Positions 1 to 7,626 of a stretch of DNA of 64,000 nucleotides are shown here, in pieces. The stretch comes from Candidatus Falkowbacteria bacterium (lineage in GTDB: Bacteria; Patescibacteriota; Patescibacteriia; Patescibacteriales; UBA12465), in assembly GCA_037134915.1 (NCBI GenBank), contig JBAXLJ010000004.1, positions 40,702 to 104,701 on the forward strand, given 5' to 3'. Numbering within the stretch: position 1 is the first letter of the stretch; the number at the start of each line of letters is the position of its first letter. The notes beneath the pieces were generated by a model. That model saw only the letters and a program-made list of their open reading frames with translations, ran no database searches and was not told the origin of the DNA. Position numbers and translations under genes: made by a program.

Positions 1-1
1 T

Positions 2-424
2 TACGTTAGTGAATCAAACGTTGCTTCTTTGAAGCTCGGTCAAAATGTTGATTATACTTTCGACTCTCTGGGGCCAGATAAACATTTTAGTGGTCAGATT
101 ATGACCATTGATCCGGCTTCGACGGTTATCTCCGGTGTGGTTAATTATTTAGTTAAAGCTAGTCTGCCAAATATTCCTGAAATTAAGCCGGGTATGACAG
201 TGAATATGACGATTTTAGTTGCTTCCCGGCAGAATGCTCTTGCGGTGACAAGTAGTGCTATTATTAATCAAAACGGTGAACAATATGTTCGCGTTATTGA
301 TGACCCTAAAACAAAAACTTATCATCAAGTAAAAGTTCAAACCGGTCTTCAAGCCGATGGCGGACAAGTAGAAATTTTAAGTGGTTTAGAAGCAAACCAA
401 GAAATTGTAACGCTTATTAAATAA
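2..424 (+). CDS. Efflux periplasmic adaptor (HlyD/MacA family), C-terminal fragment; 5' end outside window
   Basis: Frame is open from the window edge (YVSESNVASLKLGQ...). It directly precedes a MacB-type ATPase and two FtsX permeases. Confidence 0.6.
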   Translation, partial: YVSESNVASLKLGQNVDYTFDSLGPDKHFSGQIMTIDPASTVISGVVNYLVKASLPNIPEIKPGMTVNMTILVASRQNALAVTSSAIINQNGEQYVRVIDDPKTKTYHQVKVQTGLQADGGQVEILSGLEANQEIVTLIK

Positions 425-435
425 GACTTTTTAAT

Positions 436-1152
436 ATGAATTTAATTAATATTAAAAATCTTAGAAAGGAGTATACCACCGGTGATGTGGTTACTCCGGT
501 TCTAAATGATATCAATTTTAAGATTGATCAGGGTGAATTTGTGGCTATCATGGGACCTTCCGGCAGCGGCAAGTCGACTTTAATGCACATTCTTAGTTTC
601 TTAGATCGCGCCAGTGCCGGTGTTTACGAATTTAAAGGTGAAGACATTAAAGATTTTAATGATAATTATCTGGCAGAGTTAAGAAATAAAGAGATTGGTT
701 TTGTTTTTCAATCTTTTAACCTACTACCGCGGACGACGGTACTTGATAATGTTAAATTACCTTTGATTTATAGTAAAAAAAATAATCACGATGCCTTGGC
801 TAAAAAATCTTTAGACGCCGTTGGCTTATCGCATCGTTTAAACTATTATACTAACCAAATTTCCGGCGGGGAAAAACAACGCGTGGCAATTGCTCGGGCT
901 TTAGTTTGCGATCCGGCGGTTATTTTTGCTGACGAACCAACGGGTAATTTAGACTCTAAATCCGGTAATACGGTGATGTTTATTTTGCAGCAGTTAAATG
1001 ACCAGGGGCGAACTATTATCCTGGTAACTCACGAAACCGACACAGCTAATCATGCTAAACGTATTATTCGTATCAAAGATGGGCACATCTTATCTGACGA
1101 ACCAGTGGCTCATCGAACAATCGCTGAGGCCGATAAAGACTTGATTAAATAA
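436..1152 (+). CDS. ABC transporter ATP-binding protein, MacB/LolD type
   Basis: Walker [13 protein letters not shown] signature [15 protein letters not shown], Walker [11 protein letters not shown]. Confidence 0.9.
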   Translation: MNLINIKNLRKEYTTGDVVTPVLNDINFKIDQGEFVAIMGPSGSGKSTLMHILSFLDRASAGVYEFKGEDIKDFNDNYLAELRNKEIGFVFQSFNLLPRTTVLDNVKLPLIYSKKNNHDALAKKSLDAVGLSHRLNYYTNQISGGEKQRVAIARALVCDPAVIFADEPTGNLDSKSGNTVMFILQQLNDQGRTIILVTHETDTANHAKRIIRIKDGHILSDEPVAHRTIAEADKDLIK

Positions 1153-1162
1153 TTTAAATTTT

Positions 1163-2428
1163 GTGGATCTATTTTCGATTATAAAATTGGTAATCAAAAA
1201 TTTGCTAGCCCGAAAAGGGAGGACTCTTCTGACAATTTTAGGGATTACTATCGGCGTCGCTGGAGTCATCATTATCATTTCTCTAGGAGCCGGCGCTCAA
1301 AGTCTTATCTTGGGACAAGTAACTAAGCTGGGCTCTAATCTCTTATATATTCAGCCGGGAAAAACCGCTGATAACGGTGCGCCAATTCCAGGCTTAGTGA
1401 TTACCAGCTTGGTAAATAGTGATGTCGAAGCGCTGCGTGATAAAAGTCGCGTACCTCACGCGCTGGCGGTTAATGCGGCCACTCAGGGCACAGCGACTGT
1501 TACCTGGGAAAATAAAACCGTCGACTCCACTTTTATGGGAACAGACACCGACTATCCCAAGGTAGCCAATTTTACAATGAGTTCTGGTCAGTTTTTTAGC
1601 GAAGCGGAAAATGTTGGCGGGGCTAATGTCGTCGTTTTAGGATCAGAAATAAGTAAACAATTATTTGGTGATTCCGGAGTCGACCCGATTGGACAAGTTA
1701 TTAAAGTTAGAAGTTCGATTCAGGATACCGCTGGTGGTGTGCCGCTTCGGGTGATTGGTGTTATCGCCTCTCGTGGCAGTTCTTTTTTTCAAAACCAAGA
1801 TGAGCTTATTTTTATGCCTTTAGTTATTGGGCAGCAGCAAATTCTCGGCATCCATCATTTACAATCGATTTATATTAAGGTTGATAATTCTTCAAATATT
1901 AGTTCTACGATCGCGGCGATAAATACCGTTTTAAAACAGCAACATCATATTTTAGACGATATCAACGTAGATTTTACGATTCGCAATCAGGAAGATGCGG
2001 TTAAAATTTTATCGACCATTACTAACGCTCTCAGTTTATTTTTAATTGCCATGGCGGCCATTTCTTTAGTCGTCGGTGGTATTGGTATTTTAAATATCAT
2101 GATGGTAACGGTCGCGGAGCGAACTCGAGAGATTGGTTTAAGGAAGGCCGTAGGCGCTACTCGAAAAGCGATTCGTAATCAGTTCTTGTTAGAATCGAGT
2201 TTACTGACCGGTTTGGGTGGCCTAGTGGGTATTATTATCGGTATTCTAGTTTCTTTTTTAATTTCATTACTGATGAAAAAATTAGGTTACGACTGGGCTT
2301 TTGTAGTTTCTTGGGTTTCGATTGTTTTATCAGTCGGTGTATCGGTTTTAACCGGAGTCGTCTTTGGTTTATTCCCGGCGATTAAAGCCGCTAAACTTGA
2401 TCCTATCGACGCTTTAAGATACGAATAA
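1163..2428 (+). CDS. ABC transporter permease, FtsX/MacB family (paralog 1)
   Basis: GTG start. N-terminal RKGRTLLTILGITIGV, large extracytoplasmic domain, C-terminal FtsX TM bundle ending KLDPIDALRYE. Confidence 0.85.
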   Translation: MDLFSIIKLVIKNLLARKGRTLLTILGITIGVAGVIIIISLGAGAQSLILGQVTKLGSNLLYIQPGKTADNGAPIPGLVITSLVNSDVEALRDKSRVPHALAVNAATQGTATVTWENKTVDSTFMGTDTDYPKVANFTMSSGQFFSEAENVGGANVVVLGSEISKQLFGDSGVDPIGQVIKVRSSIQDTAGGVPLRVIGVIASRGSSFFQNQDELIFMPLVIGQQQILGIHHLQSIYIKVDNSSNISSTIAAINTVLKQQHHILDDINVDFTIRNQEDAVKILSTITNALSLFLIAMAAISLVVGGIGILNIMMVTVAERTREIGLRKAVGATRKAIRNQFLLESSLLTGLGGLVGIIIGILVSFLISLLMKKLGYDWAFVVSWVSIVLSVGVSVLTGVVFGLFPAIKAAKLDPIDALRYE

Positions 2429-2430
2429 TT

Positions 2431-3666
2431 ATGTATAACGCTTTAAAACAAGCTTTAAAAGCCTTAATGGCCAATAAGGGTCGAACTTTACTGACGACTC
2501 TCGGGATTATGATTGGCATTGCGACGGTTATTTTAGTGCTCTCAGCCGGAGCTGGTTTTAGAGCTTTAATTGATGCTCAGGTAGCAACTTTTGGGACCAA
2601 CACTTTGTATGTTCAAACTCAAGTCCCTTCAACTAGCAAAAATAGAACCCCGCGAGATAATGTTAGCTCCGGAATTGTAATTACTAGTTTAAAACAAAGA
2701 GATTTAGATAGTATTAATAAATTGCCTAATGTCATAAATAGTTATGGCATTGTCATGGGGCAGTCGGTCGCTAGTTATCGTAGCAATCAAAAAACCGCTG
2801 TTTATTTAGGTGTTTCCGCTAATCGTTTTTTAATTGACCAAAGCACTTTAAAGACCGGCCGTTTCTTTACTAATACAGAGGATGCCAGCGGGGCTCAGGT
2901 GGCGATTTTAGGTAATAAGATTGCCTCAGATTTATTTAAGCAAGATGACCCGATGGGAAAATTAGTCCGTATCGGTTCACTCAATTTTTCGGTTATCGGT
3001 GTTTACAATCCATCTAGCGGTCTAGGCGGCGGCAATGATGATTATATTTTTGTACCGCTTAATACGGCTCAGAAAAAAATGCTGGGTATCAACTATTTGG
3101 TTCAAGCAGTAGTCCAGATTAAAGATTTAAATTTAAGCGATTTAACTGCTAAAGAGATTGGTGATACAGTTAGACATAATCACGGAATTACTGATGCTGC
3201 TAAAGATGATTTTAAAGTGACCACTCAAGCACAAATCATGGATATTTTTAATACTATTTTTAACAGTATTACCATTTTGTTAATTGCCATTGCCGCTATT
3301 TCGCTGATTGTTGGCGGCGTCGGTATCATGAATATTATGTATGTGGTTGTCACTGAGCGCACCTCAGAGATTGGTTTAAGAAAAGCCCTGGGGGCTAAAA
3401 ATTATAATATTTTACAAGAGTTTTTAATTGAATCAGTTTTAGTTACCTTACTCGGCGGTGGTATTGGTATTTTGTTTGGCGCCTTTTTAAGTTGGATTTT
3501 AACCATGGTAGCTGTTAGTAGTGGATTAGCTTGGACCTTTGTAGTGCCTTTTTACGCTATCGCCATCGGCTTTGGTGTTTCAGGCGCAATTGGTATCGGT
3601 TTCGGCGTATTTCCCGCTTTAGGAGCCGCTAAGCTTGATCCGATTGAAGCTTTGCGCCACGAATAG
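2431..3666 (+). CDS. ABC transporter permease, FtsX/MacB family (paralog 2)
   Basis: Same architecture as the preceding gene (NKGRTLLTTLGIMIGI ... KLDPIEALRHE). Starts 3 nt after its stop. Confidence 0.85.
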   Translation: MYNALKQALKALMANKGRTLLTTLGIMIGIATVILVLSAGAGFRALIDAQVATFGTNTLYVQTQVPSTSKNRTPRDNVSSGIVITSLKQRDLDSINKLPNVINSYGIVMGQSVASYRSNQKTAVYLGVSANRFLIDQSTLKTGRFFTNTEDASGAQVAILGNKIASDLFKQDDPMGKLVRIGSLNFSVIGVYNPSSGLGGGNDDYIFVPLNTAQKKMLGINYLVQAVVQIKDLNLSDLTAKEIGDTVRHNHGITDAAKDDFKVTTQAQIMDIFNTIFNSITILLIAIAAISLIVGGVGIMNIMYVVVTERTSEIGLRKALGAKNYNILQEFLIESVLVTLLGGGIGILFGAFLSWILTMVAVSSGLAWTFVVPFYAIAIGFGVSGAIGIGFGVFPALGAAKLDPIEALRHE

Positions 3667-3685
3667 GGTAATAATTTATAAATAT

Positions 3686-4123
3686 ATGACCAGTAACAGA
3701 CAGGAGTTATTAAAAAATTTAATTGATAAAATGACTCGAGCCATTCATAATATGAACTCGGTCCATGAGTTTCCTTTTGGTGATTGCATGTTGAAAAAGC
3801 AGCAGATTATGATTCTGTTTTTTATTTATGATAAAAAGAGCTCGGTTTCCGTTAAGGACATCGCTAAATTTTTGCATGTCACCTCCGGAGCAATTACGCA
3901 ATTTGTTGATGGTTTAGTGGAGAGAAAATTAGTAAAACGCGAAGAGAATCAAGGTGATCGTCGGGTAATTAATATAAAATTAACTCCGAGCACGGAAAAA
4001 CAATTTAATAACTTCAAGAATAAATATATTATTAGCGCCAGCAAATCATTTAGTCAGTTTACTGATAAAGAAATTGAACAATTAACGGGTTTACTCGAAA
4101 AAATAAAAACTCCAAAGGTGTAA
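3686..4123 (+). CDS. MarR-family transcriptional regulator
   Basis: Winged-HTH pattern (VKDIAKFLHVTSGAITQFVDGLVERKLVKREENQGDRRVINIKLT). ATG at 3686 preferred over the track start at 3635, which overlaps the permease. Confidence 0.8.
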   Translation: MTSNRQELLKNLIDKMTRAIHNMNSVHEFPFGDCMLKKQQIMILFFIYDKKSSVSVKDIAKFLHVTSGAITQFVDGLVERKLVKREENQGDRRVINIKLTPSTEKQFNNFKNKYIISASKSFSQFTDKEIEQLTGLLEKIKTPKV

Positions 4124-4136
4124 TTTAAATAAAAAA

Positions 4137-4163
4137 AGACTGGGATAATTTCTCAGTCTTTTT
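4137..4163. terminator. Bidirectional hairpin between convergent marR-like and mgtA-like genes
   Basis: AGACTGGGA / TCTCAGTCT stem with one G-U pair, A-run before and T-run after. Confidence 0.6.
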
Positions 4164-4172
4164 GGTTGGATT

Positions 4173-6689
4173 TTATTTGACAGCGAAGCGCTTATAAAAC
4201 TTATGTTTAACTAACTCCATGAGTACTAGATAAATAATTACTAAGACAAAAATAGCGACGAAGGCTTTAAGCGGTAGTGGTTTAAAGCCAAAGAAAGATC
4301 CCAGTCCTTCAGTGGTTAGTATTATTCCTAAAAAGACGGCGCCAAGAGTAGTATAAACCAAATATTTACTGGGACGAGATTGTATAAAAGGAATTTTTTG
4401 AGTACGGATAATATAGATGACTAAAATTTGGGTAGCCAGTGATTCGATAAACCAGCCAGCTTGAAAAGTGGCAGTATCAAAATGAAATAAACCATAGAGA
4501 ACGTAAAAAGTTAAGAAATCAAAAATTGAACTGATGGGTCCGAAAATTATCATATATTTTTTGATAAACTTCATATCCCAGTGCTTAGGCTTTTTAAGGT
4601 ATTCGGCGTCAACGTTGTCTGATGGTATAGATAGCTGAGAGGTGTCGTAGATAAAATTGTTAAGCAGTATTTGGCTGGCGGTCATTGGGAAGAAGGGTAA
4701 AAATAAACTGGCGCCAATCATCGAAAACATATTGCCAAAATTAGAACTGAGACCCATGAGCAAATATTTCATGGTATTACTGAAAGTTTTTCGACCTTCA
4801 ATGATGCCATTCATGAGCTCTTTAAGGCCTTTGCGCATTAGAATGATATCGGCCGTTTCCTTAGCAACGTCCACGGCATTATCAACGGAAATGCCGACGT
4901 CAGCGGTTTTAAGGGAAGGAGCATCATTGATGCCATCACCTAAATAACCGACAATCAAACCATTTCTTTTTAATTCAGAGATAATTTTTTCTTTTTGGCT
5001 AGGCGACATTCGTGCGCAGATTGTAGCATTTTTAATTCGTTTATATATTTCGTCATCACTTAAGACATTGAGGTCTAATTCATCGCCGGTAATAATTTCA
5101 TCAACCGGTAGTCCGAGATCGGAACAGATTTTTTTGGTAATTAAAGGTCCGTCGCCAGTTAGGATTTTAACTGCCACGCCGTGCTCCTTCATAAAGACTA
5201 AAGTTTCTTTGACATCAATTTTTGGTGGATCATAAAAAACCATGAAACCGCGCAACGTCAGTTCAGTTTCTTCGGCATATTCATATTTCTCCTTTTTAGT
5301 TTTTATATTTTTTTCAGCGATTGCTAGAATTCTAAAACCTTGACTACTTAAATCATCATAGACTTTTTTTATGGTGTTTAGGATTTCGGGAGTAATTGGT
5401 TTAATATCTTCCTGCTCAAAATAAGTGTTGCAGATTTTAAAAAGTTCTTCGGGGGCGCCTTTGGTAAACATAGTAATTACCCCATTCTGCTGAGAGAAAA
5501 CTGAGGAGCGCTTGCGATTAAAGTCGTAAGGAATCTCTTCTATTTTGGTATAACTGGTTAAATCAAGGGTTTCGTGTTCTAAGATAGCGTGGTCTAAAAT
5601 ATTTTTAATTCCGGTTTCAAAGGAACCGTTGATATAAGCTGATTTAAAAACTGCTTTAGAGTCGGCACCGAAAATGTCGACATGCTTAATGACGGTAATT
5701 TTGTCTTCAGTTAAAGTACCGGTTTTATCGGTGCAGAGCACATCAATGGAGCCGAAGGTTGGAATGGAGTTTAGTCGTTTCACTAAAACGCCGCCTTTAG
5801 CCATTTTAATGGCGCCTTTAGCCATGTTAACACTCATAATCATGGGCAGAAGTTCAGGGGTAACGCCCACGGCTACTGCTAGAGCGAATAAGAAGGAGTT
5901 AAAATAGCCTTTGCCCATCAGAGCATTAATTAAAAAGATAATAGCCACAATCACGGCAATTACTCGAATAATTAAGAAGCCGAAACTTTTAATTCCTTTT
6001 TCAAAAGCATTTAGAACTTCGGGTTTAGAAATATTTTGGGCAATTTGACCGAATTCGGTGGCGAGGCCAATCGCGGTCACTAAAAATTGGCAATAGCCGG
6101 AAATAACATTAGTCCCTGAAAAAACAGCGTTATTTTCACTGGCCGTTTTTTCAACCGGCAGACTTTCGCCGGTCAAACTTGATTCATTTAAGAAAAAATC
6201 ATCAGCGCTAATTATTTTGCCATCTGCCGGCACAATGTCTCCCGCTGAAAGCAGAATAATATCTCCAGGAACGATATATTTGGTATCTAGTTCCTGTTCT
6301 TGGCCGTCTCTTAGAATTCGAGCCTTAATTGCTAAACGTTTGGCAATTTTTTCTGCCGCTTTGCTGGATTTATGTTCTTGATAAAAATTTAGCAAGACGC
6401 TTAGAAAGATCATGGTTAAAATTATAATCATGCTTCTTATCTGACCAGTTAGACCAGAAATAAGTGAGGCGACAATTAAGATTATAATTAAAGGGTCTTT
6501 AAAATAGCTTAGGAATTTAATTAGTAGGCTCTTTTTTTTAACTTTGTCTAATTGGTTATAGCCAAAAGTTAAAGAGCGGCTAATAGCTTCTTTGGTGTTT
6601 AAACCCTGGGGACTGGAACTCAGTTCTTGGTATAATTTGTCTAAGTTAAATTCTTTGAGCGCGGCGGTGTTGATTTTGGCAGTCATCAT
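4173..6689 (-). CDS. mgtA: Mg2+-transporting P-type ATPase (MgtA type)
   Basis: TGES, DKTGTLT and GDGINDAPSL motifs. TM4 TPELLPMIMSVNMAKGAIKMAK and C-terminal IRTQKIPFIQSRPS resemble MgtA as I recall it. Confidence 0.8.
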   Translation of the reverse strand: MMTAKINTAALKEFNLDKLYQELSSSPQGLNTKEAISRSLTFGYNQLDKVKKKSLLIKFLSYFKDPLIIILIVASLISGLTGQIRSMIIILTMIFLSVLLNFYQEHKSSKAAEKIAKRLAIKARILRDGQEQELDTKYIVPGDIILLSAGDIVPADGKIISADDFFLNESSLTGESLPVEKTASENNAVFSGTNVISGYCQFLVTAIGLATEFGQIAQNISKPEVLNAFEKGIKSFGFLIIRVIAVIVAIIFLINALMGKGYFNSFLFALAVAVGVTPELLPMIMSVNMAKGAIKMAKGGVLVKRLNSIPTFGSIDVLCTDKTGTLTEDKITVIKHVDIFGADSKAVFKSAYINGSFETGIKNILDHAILEHETLDLTSYTKIEEIPYDFNRKRSSVFSQQNGVITMFTKGAPEELFKICNTYFEQEDIKPITPEILNTIKKVYDDLSSQGFRILAIAEKNIKTKKEKYEYAEETELTLRGFMVFYDPPKIDVKETLVFMKEHGVAVKILTGDGPLITKKICSDLGLPVDEIITGDELDLNVLSDDEIYKRIKNATICARMSPSQKEKIISELKRNGLIVGYLGDGINDAPSLKTADVGISVDNAVDVAKETADIILMRKGLKELMNGIIEGRKTFSNTMKYLLMGLSSNFGNMFSMIGASLFLPFFPMTASQILLNNFIYDTSQLSIPSDNVDAEYLKKPKHWDMKFIKKYMIIFGPISSIFDFLTFYVLYGLFHFDTATFQAGWFIESLATQILVIYIIRTQKIPFIQSRPSKYLVYTTLGAVFLGIILTTEGLGSFFGFKPLPLKAFVAIFVLVIIYLVLMELVKHKFYKRFAVK

Positions 6690-6736
6690 AAAATATTGTT
6701 TTAGGTTATTTTGCTTCTATTATAGCATTAATTTAT

Positions 6737-6766
6737 AAAAAAAGTCCCCCAATTTTTTTGGGGGAC
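6737..6766 (-). terminator. Intrinsic terminator after the 170-aa gene
   Basis: GTCCCCC / GGGGGAC stem with the U-run on the minus strand (A7 on plus, 6737-6743). Confidence 0.6.
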
Positions 6767-6771
6767 GTCTT

Positions 6772-7284
6772 TTAAAATAAGTTCAGTTGCAGGCCGTCTT
6801 TTAGAATTTGGGCCTTTTTAAAGAGTTCGAAACTGACATTTTTTTGGAGTTTCCGAGGCAAGCCGAAAACTTTTTTAAATAAACGACCAGCTTTGTCTTT
6901 TAACTCTTTGCGTGGGAGCTCCTCGAGCGCTTCGAATTTAATTAAAAACTCTCGCTCAATTTGATACCGACTGCGGATGGCTTGGCGGCAAGTGGGGTTG
7001 TCGCAGCAAGTATATCTTTCTGAGACGACGTTTTTGGGTAGGAGAAAGAAATATTTGACCTTATTTTTCTTACAAACTGGGCAAATCATCTTTACCTCCA
7101 AAAGTTTTGAAGCCTCAATCAGATAGGCCAAGTGTTGCCATAGTTGATAAGGCAGGGTACCACTCTTCTTTTTTAGCCAGCTGATAAAGCCGGCCTCTTT
7201 AAAAAATAGATCTTCCATCGTTTGGCCTTGATGGGAGCCGGTTTTAAAAACATAAGGGTTTTCTGGGACGAATTTTTTTTCCAT
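6772..7284 (-). CDS. Hypothetical protein, Cys4 zinc-ribbon core
   Basis: 170-aa ORF. CPVCKKNK ... CCDNPTCRQ. The N-terminus (FKTGSHQGQTMEDLFFKEAGFISWLKKK) resembles the FGKhKGktl...YL.WL motif of the DUF3820/Exo-X C-terminal-like family (from memory). Confidence 0.6.
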   Translation of the reverse strand: MEKKFVPENPYVFKTGSHQGQTMEDLFFKEAGFISWLKKKSGTLPYQLWQHLAYLIEASKLLEVKMICPVCKKNKVKYFFLLPKNVVSERYTCCDNPTCRQAIRSRYQIEREFLIKFEALEELPRKELKDKAGRLFKKVFGLPRKLQKNVSFELFKKAQILKDGLQLNLF

Positions 7285-7338
7285 CTTTCCTCCTTTTTTA
7301 AGTTTCTAAGGAGAATTTATCATTTTATTAACAAAAAG

Positions 7339-7491
7339 TCAATACTTAACTTTTTGAACTTCCTGGGTAACGGTAACTATATTCTTGCAGTTTTTACATT
7401 TTATTTCGACAATCGCCTGAATAAGCAAAGCCTTAAATAAAAGCTTCTGGCAATAACTGCAACGGTAATTATTAAGTTCAAGACCTTTCAT
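7339..7491 (-). CDS. Candidate 50-aa Com-like zinc-ribbon protein (not in ORF track)
   Basis: Hand translation: MKGLELNNYRCSYCQKLLFKALLIQAIVEIKCKNCKNIVTVTQEVQKVKY. The CxxC...EIKCxxC layout is that of phage Mu Com-family proteins. Confidence 0.45.
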   Translation of the reverse strand: MKGLELNNYRCSYCQKLLFKALLIQAIVEIKCKNCKNIVTVTQEVQKVKY

Positions 7492-7584
7492 GTTGTTTTA
7501 AATTTAATTTTTTAGAATCTTAACTTATTTTATAATTTTCCGGTTCAGTTTAATTTAAATTTTTTTTCAGGAAAATCTAAAGTT

Positions 7585-7620
7585 ATAAAAAACCGATCCG
7601 GTGGAGCGGGTCGGTTTTTT
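7585..7620 (-). terminator. Intrinsic terminator after the 560-aa gene
   Basis: AACCGATCCG / CGGGTCGGTT stem flanked by an A-run and a T-run. Confidence 0.6.
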
Positions 7621-7626
7621 ATTTTT

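Noticed and set aside
1090-1278. Antisense or overlapping ORFs from the six-frame track that lie inside well-supported genes. Examples: 1090-1278, 3719-3901, 4657-4947, 5674-5907, 9329-9562, 16021-16230, 16861-17070, 17513-17761, 21510-21725, 24776-25042, 25953-26219, 26666-26917, 30730-31549, 34908-35216, 36152-36364, 51956-52424, 53766-54035, 57869-58189, 59949-60885, 62042-62303 and 62851-63318.
   Set aside because: Each is fully embedded in, or opposite to, a gene with strong motif support. They have biased low-complexity compositions typical of shadow frames and no independent signals.
6690-6771. Possible Mg2+ riboswitch or leader upstream of the mgtA-like gene.
   Set aside because: The whole spacer is 82 nt and is largely occupied by the upstream gene's terminator and a TATAAT box. 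That is too short for an M-box-type element.
7222-7440. 72-aa plus-strand ORF in the spacer between the 170-aa gene and the 560-aa gene.
   Set aside because: It overlaps the start of the 170-aa gene and lies opposite the Com-like zinc-ribbon ORF, which has a recognisable motif. The plus-strand product is low-complexity F/N/K-rich.
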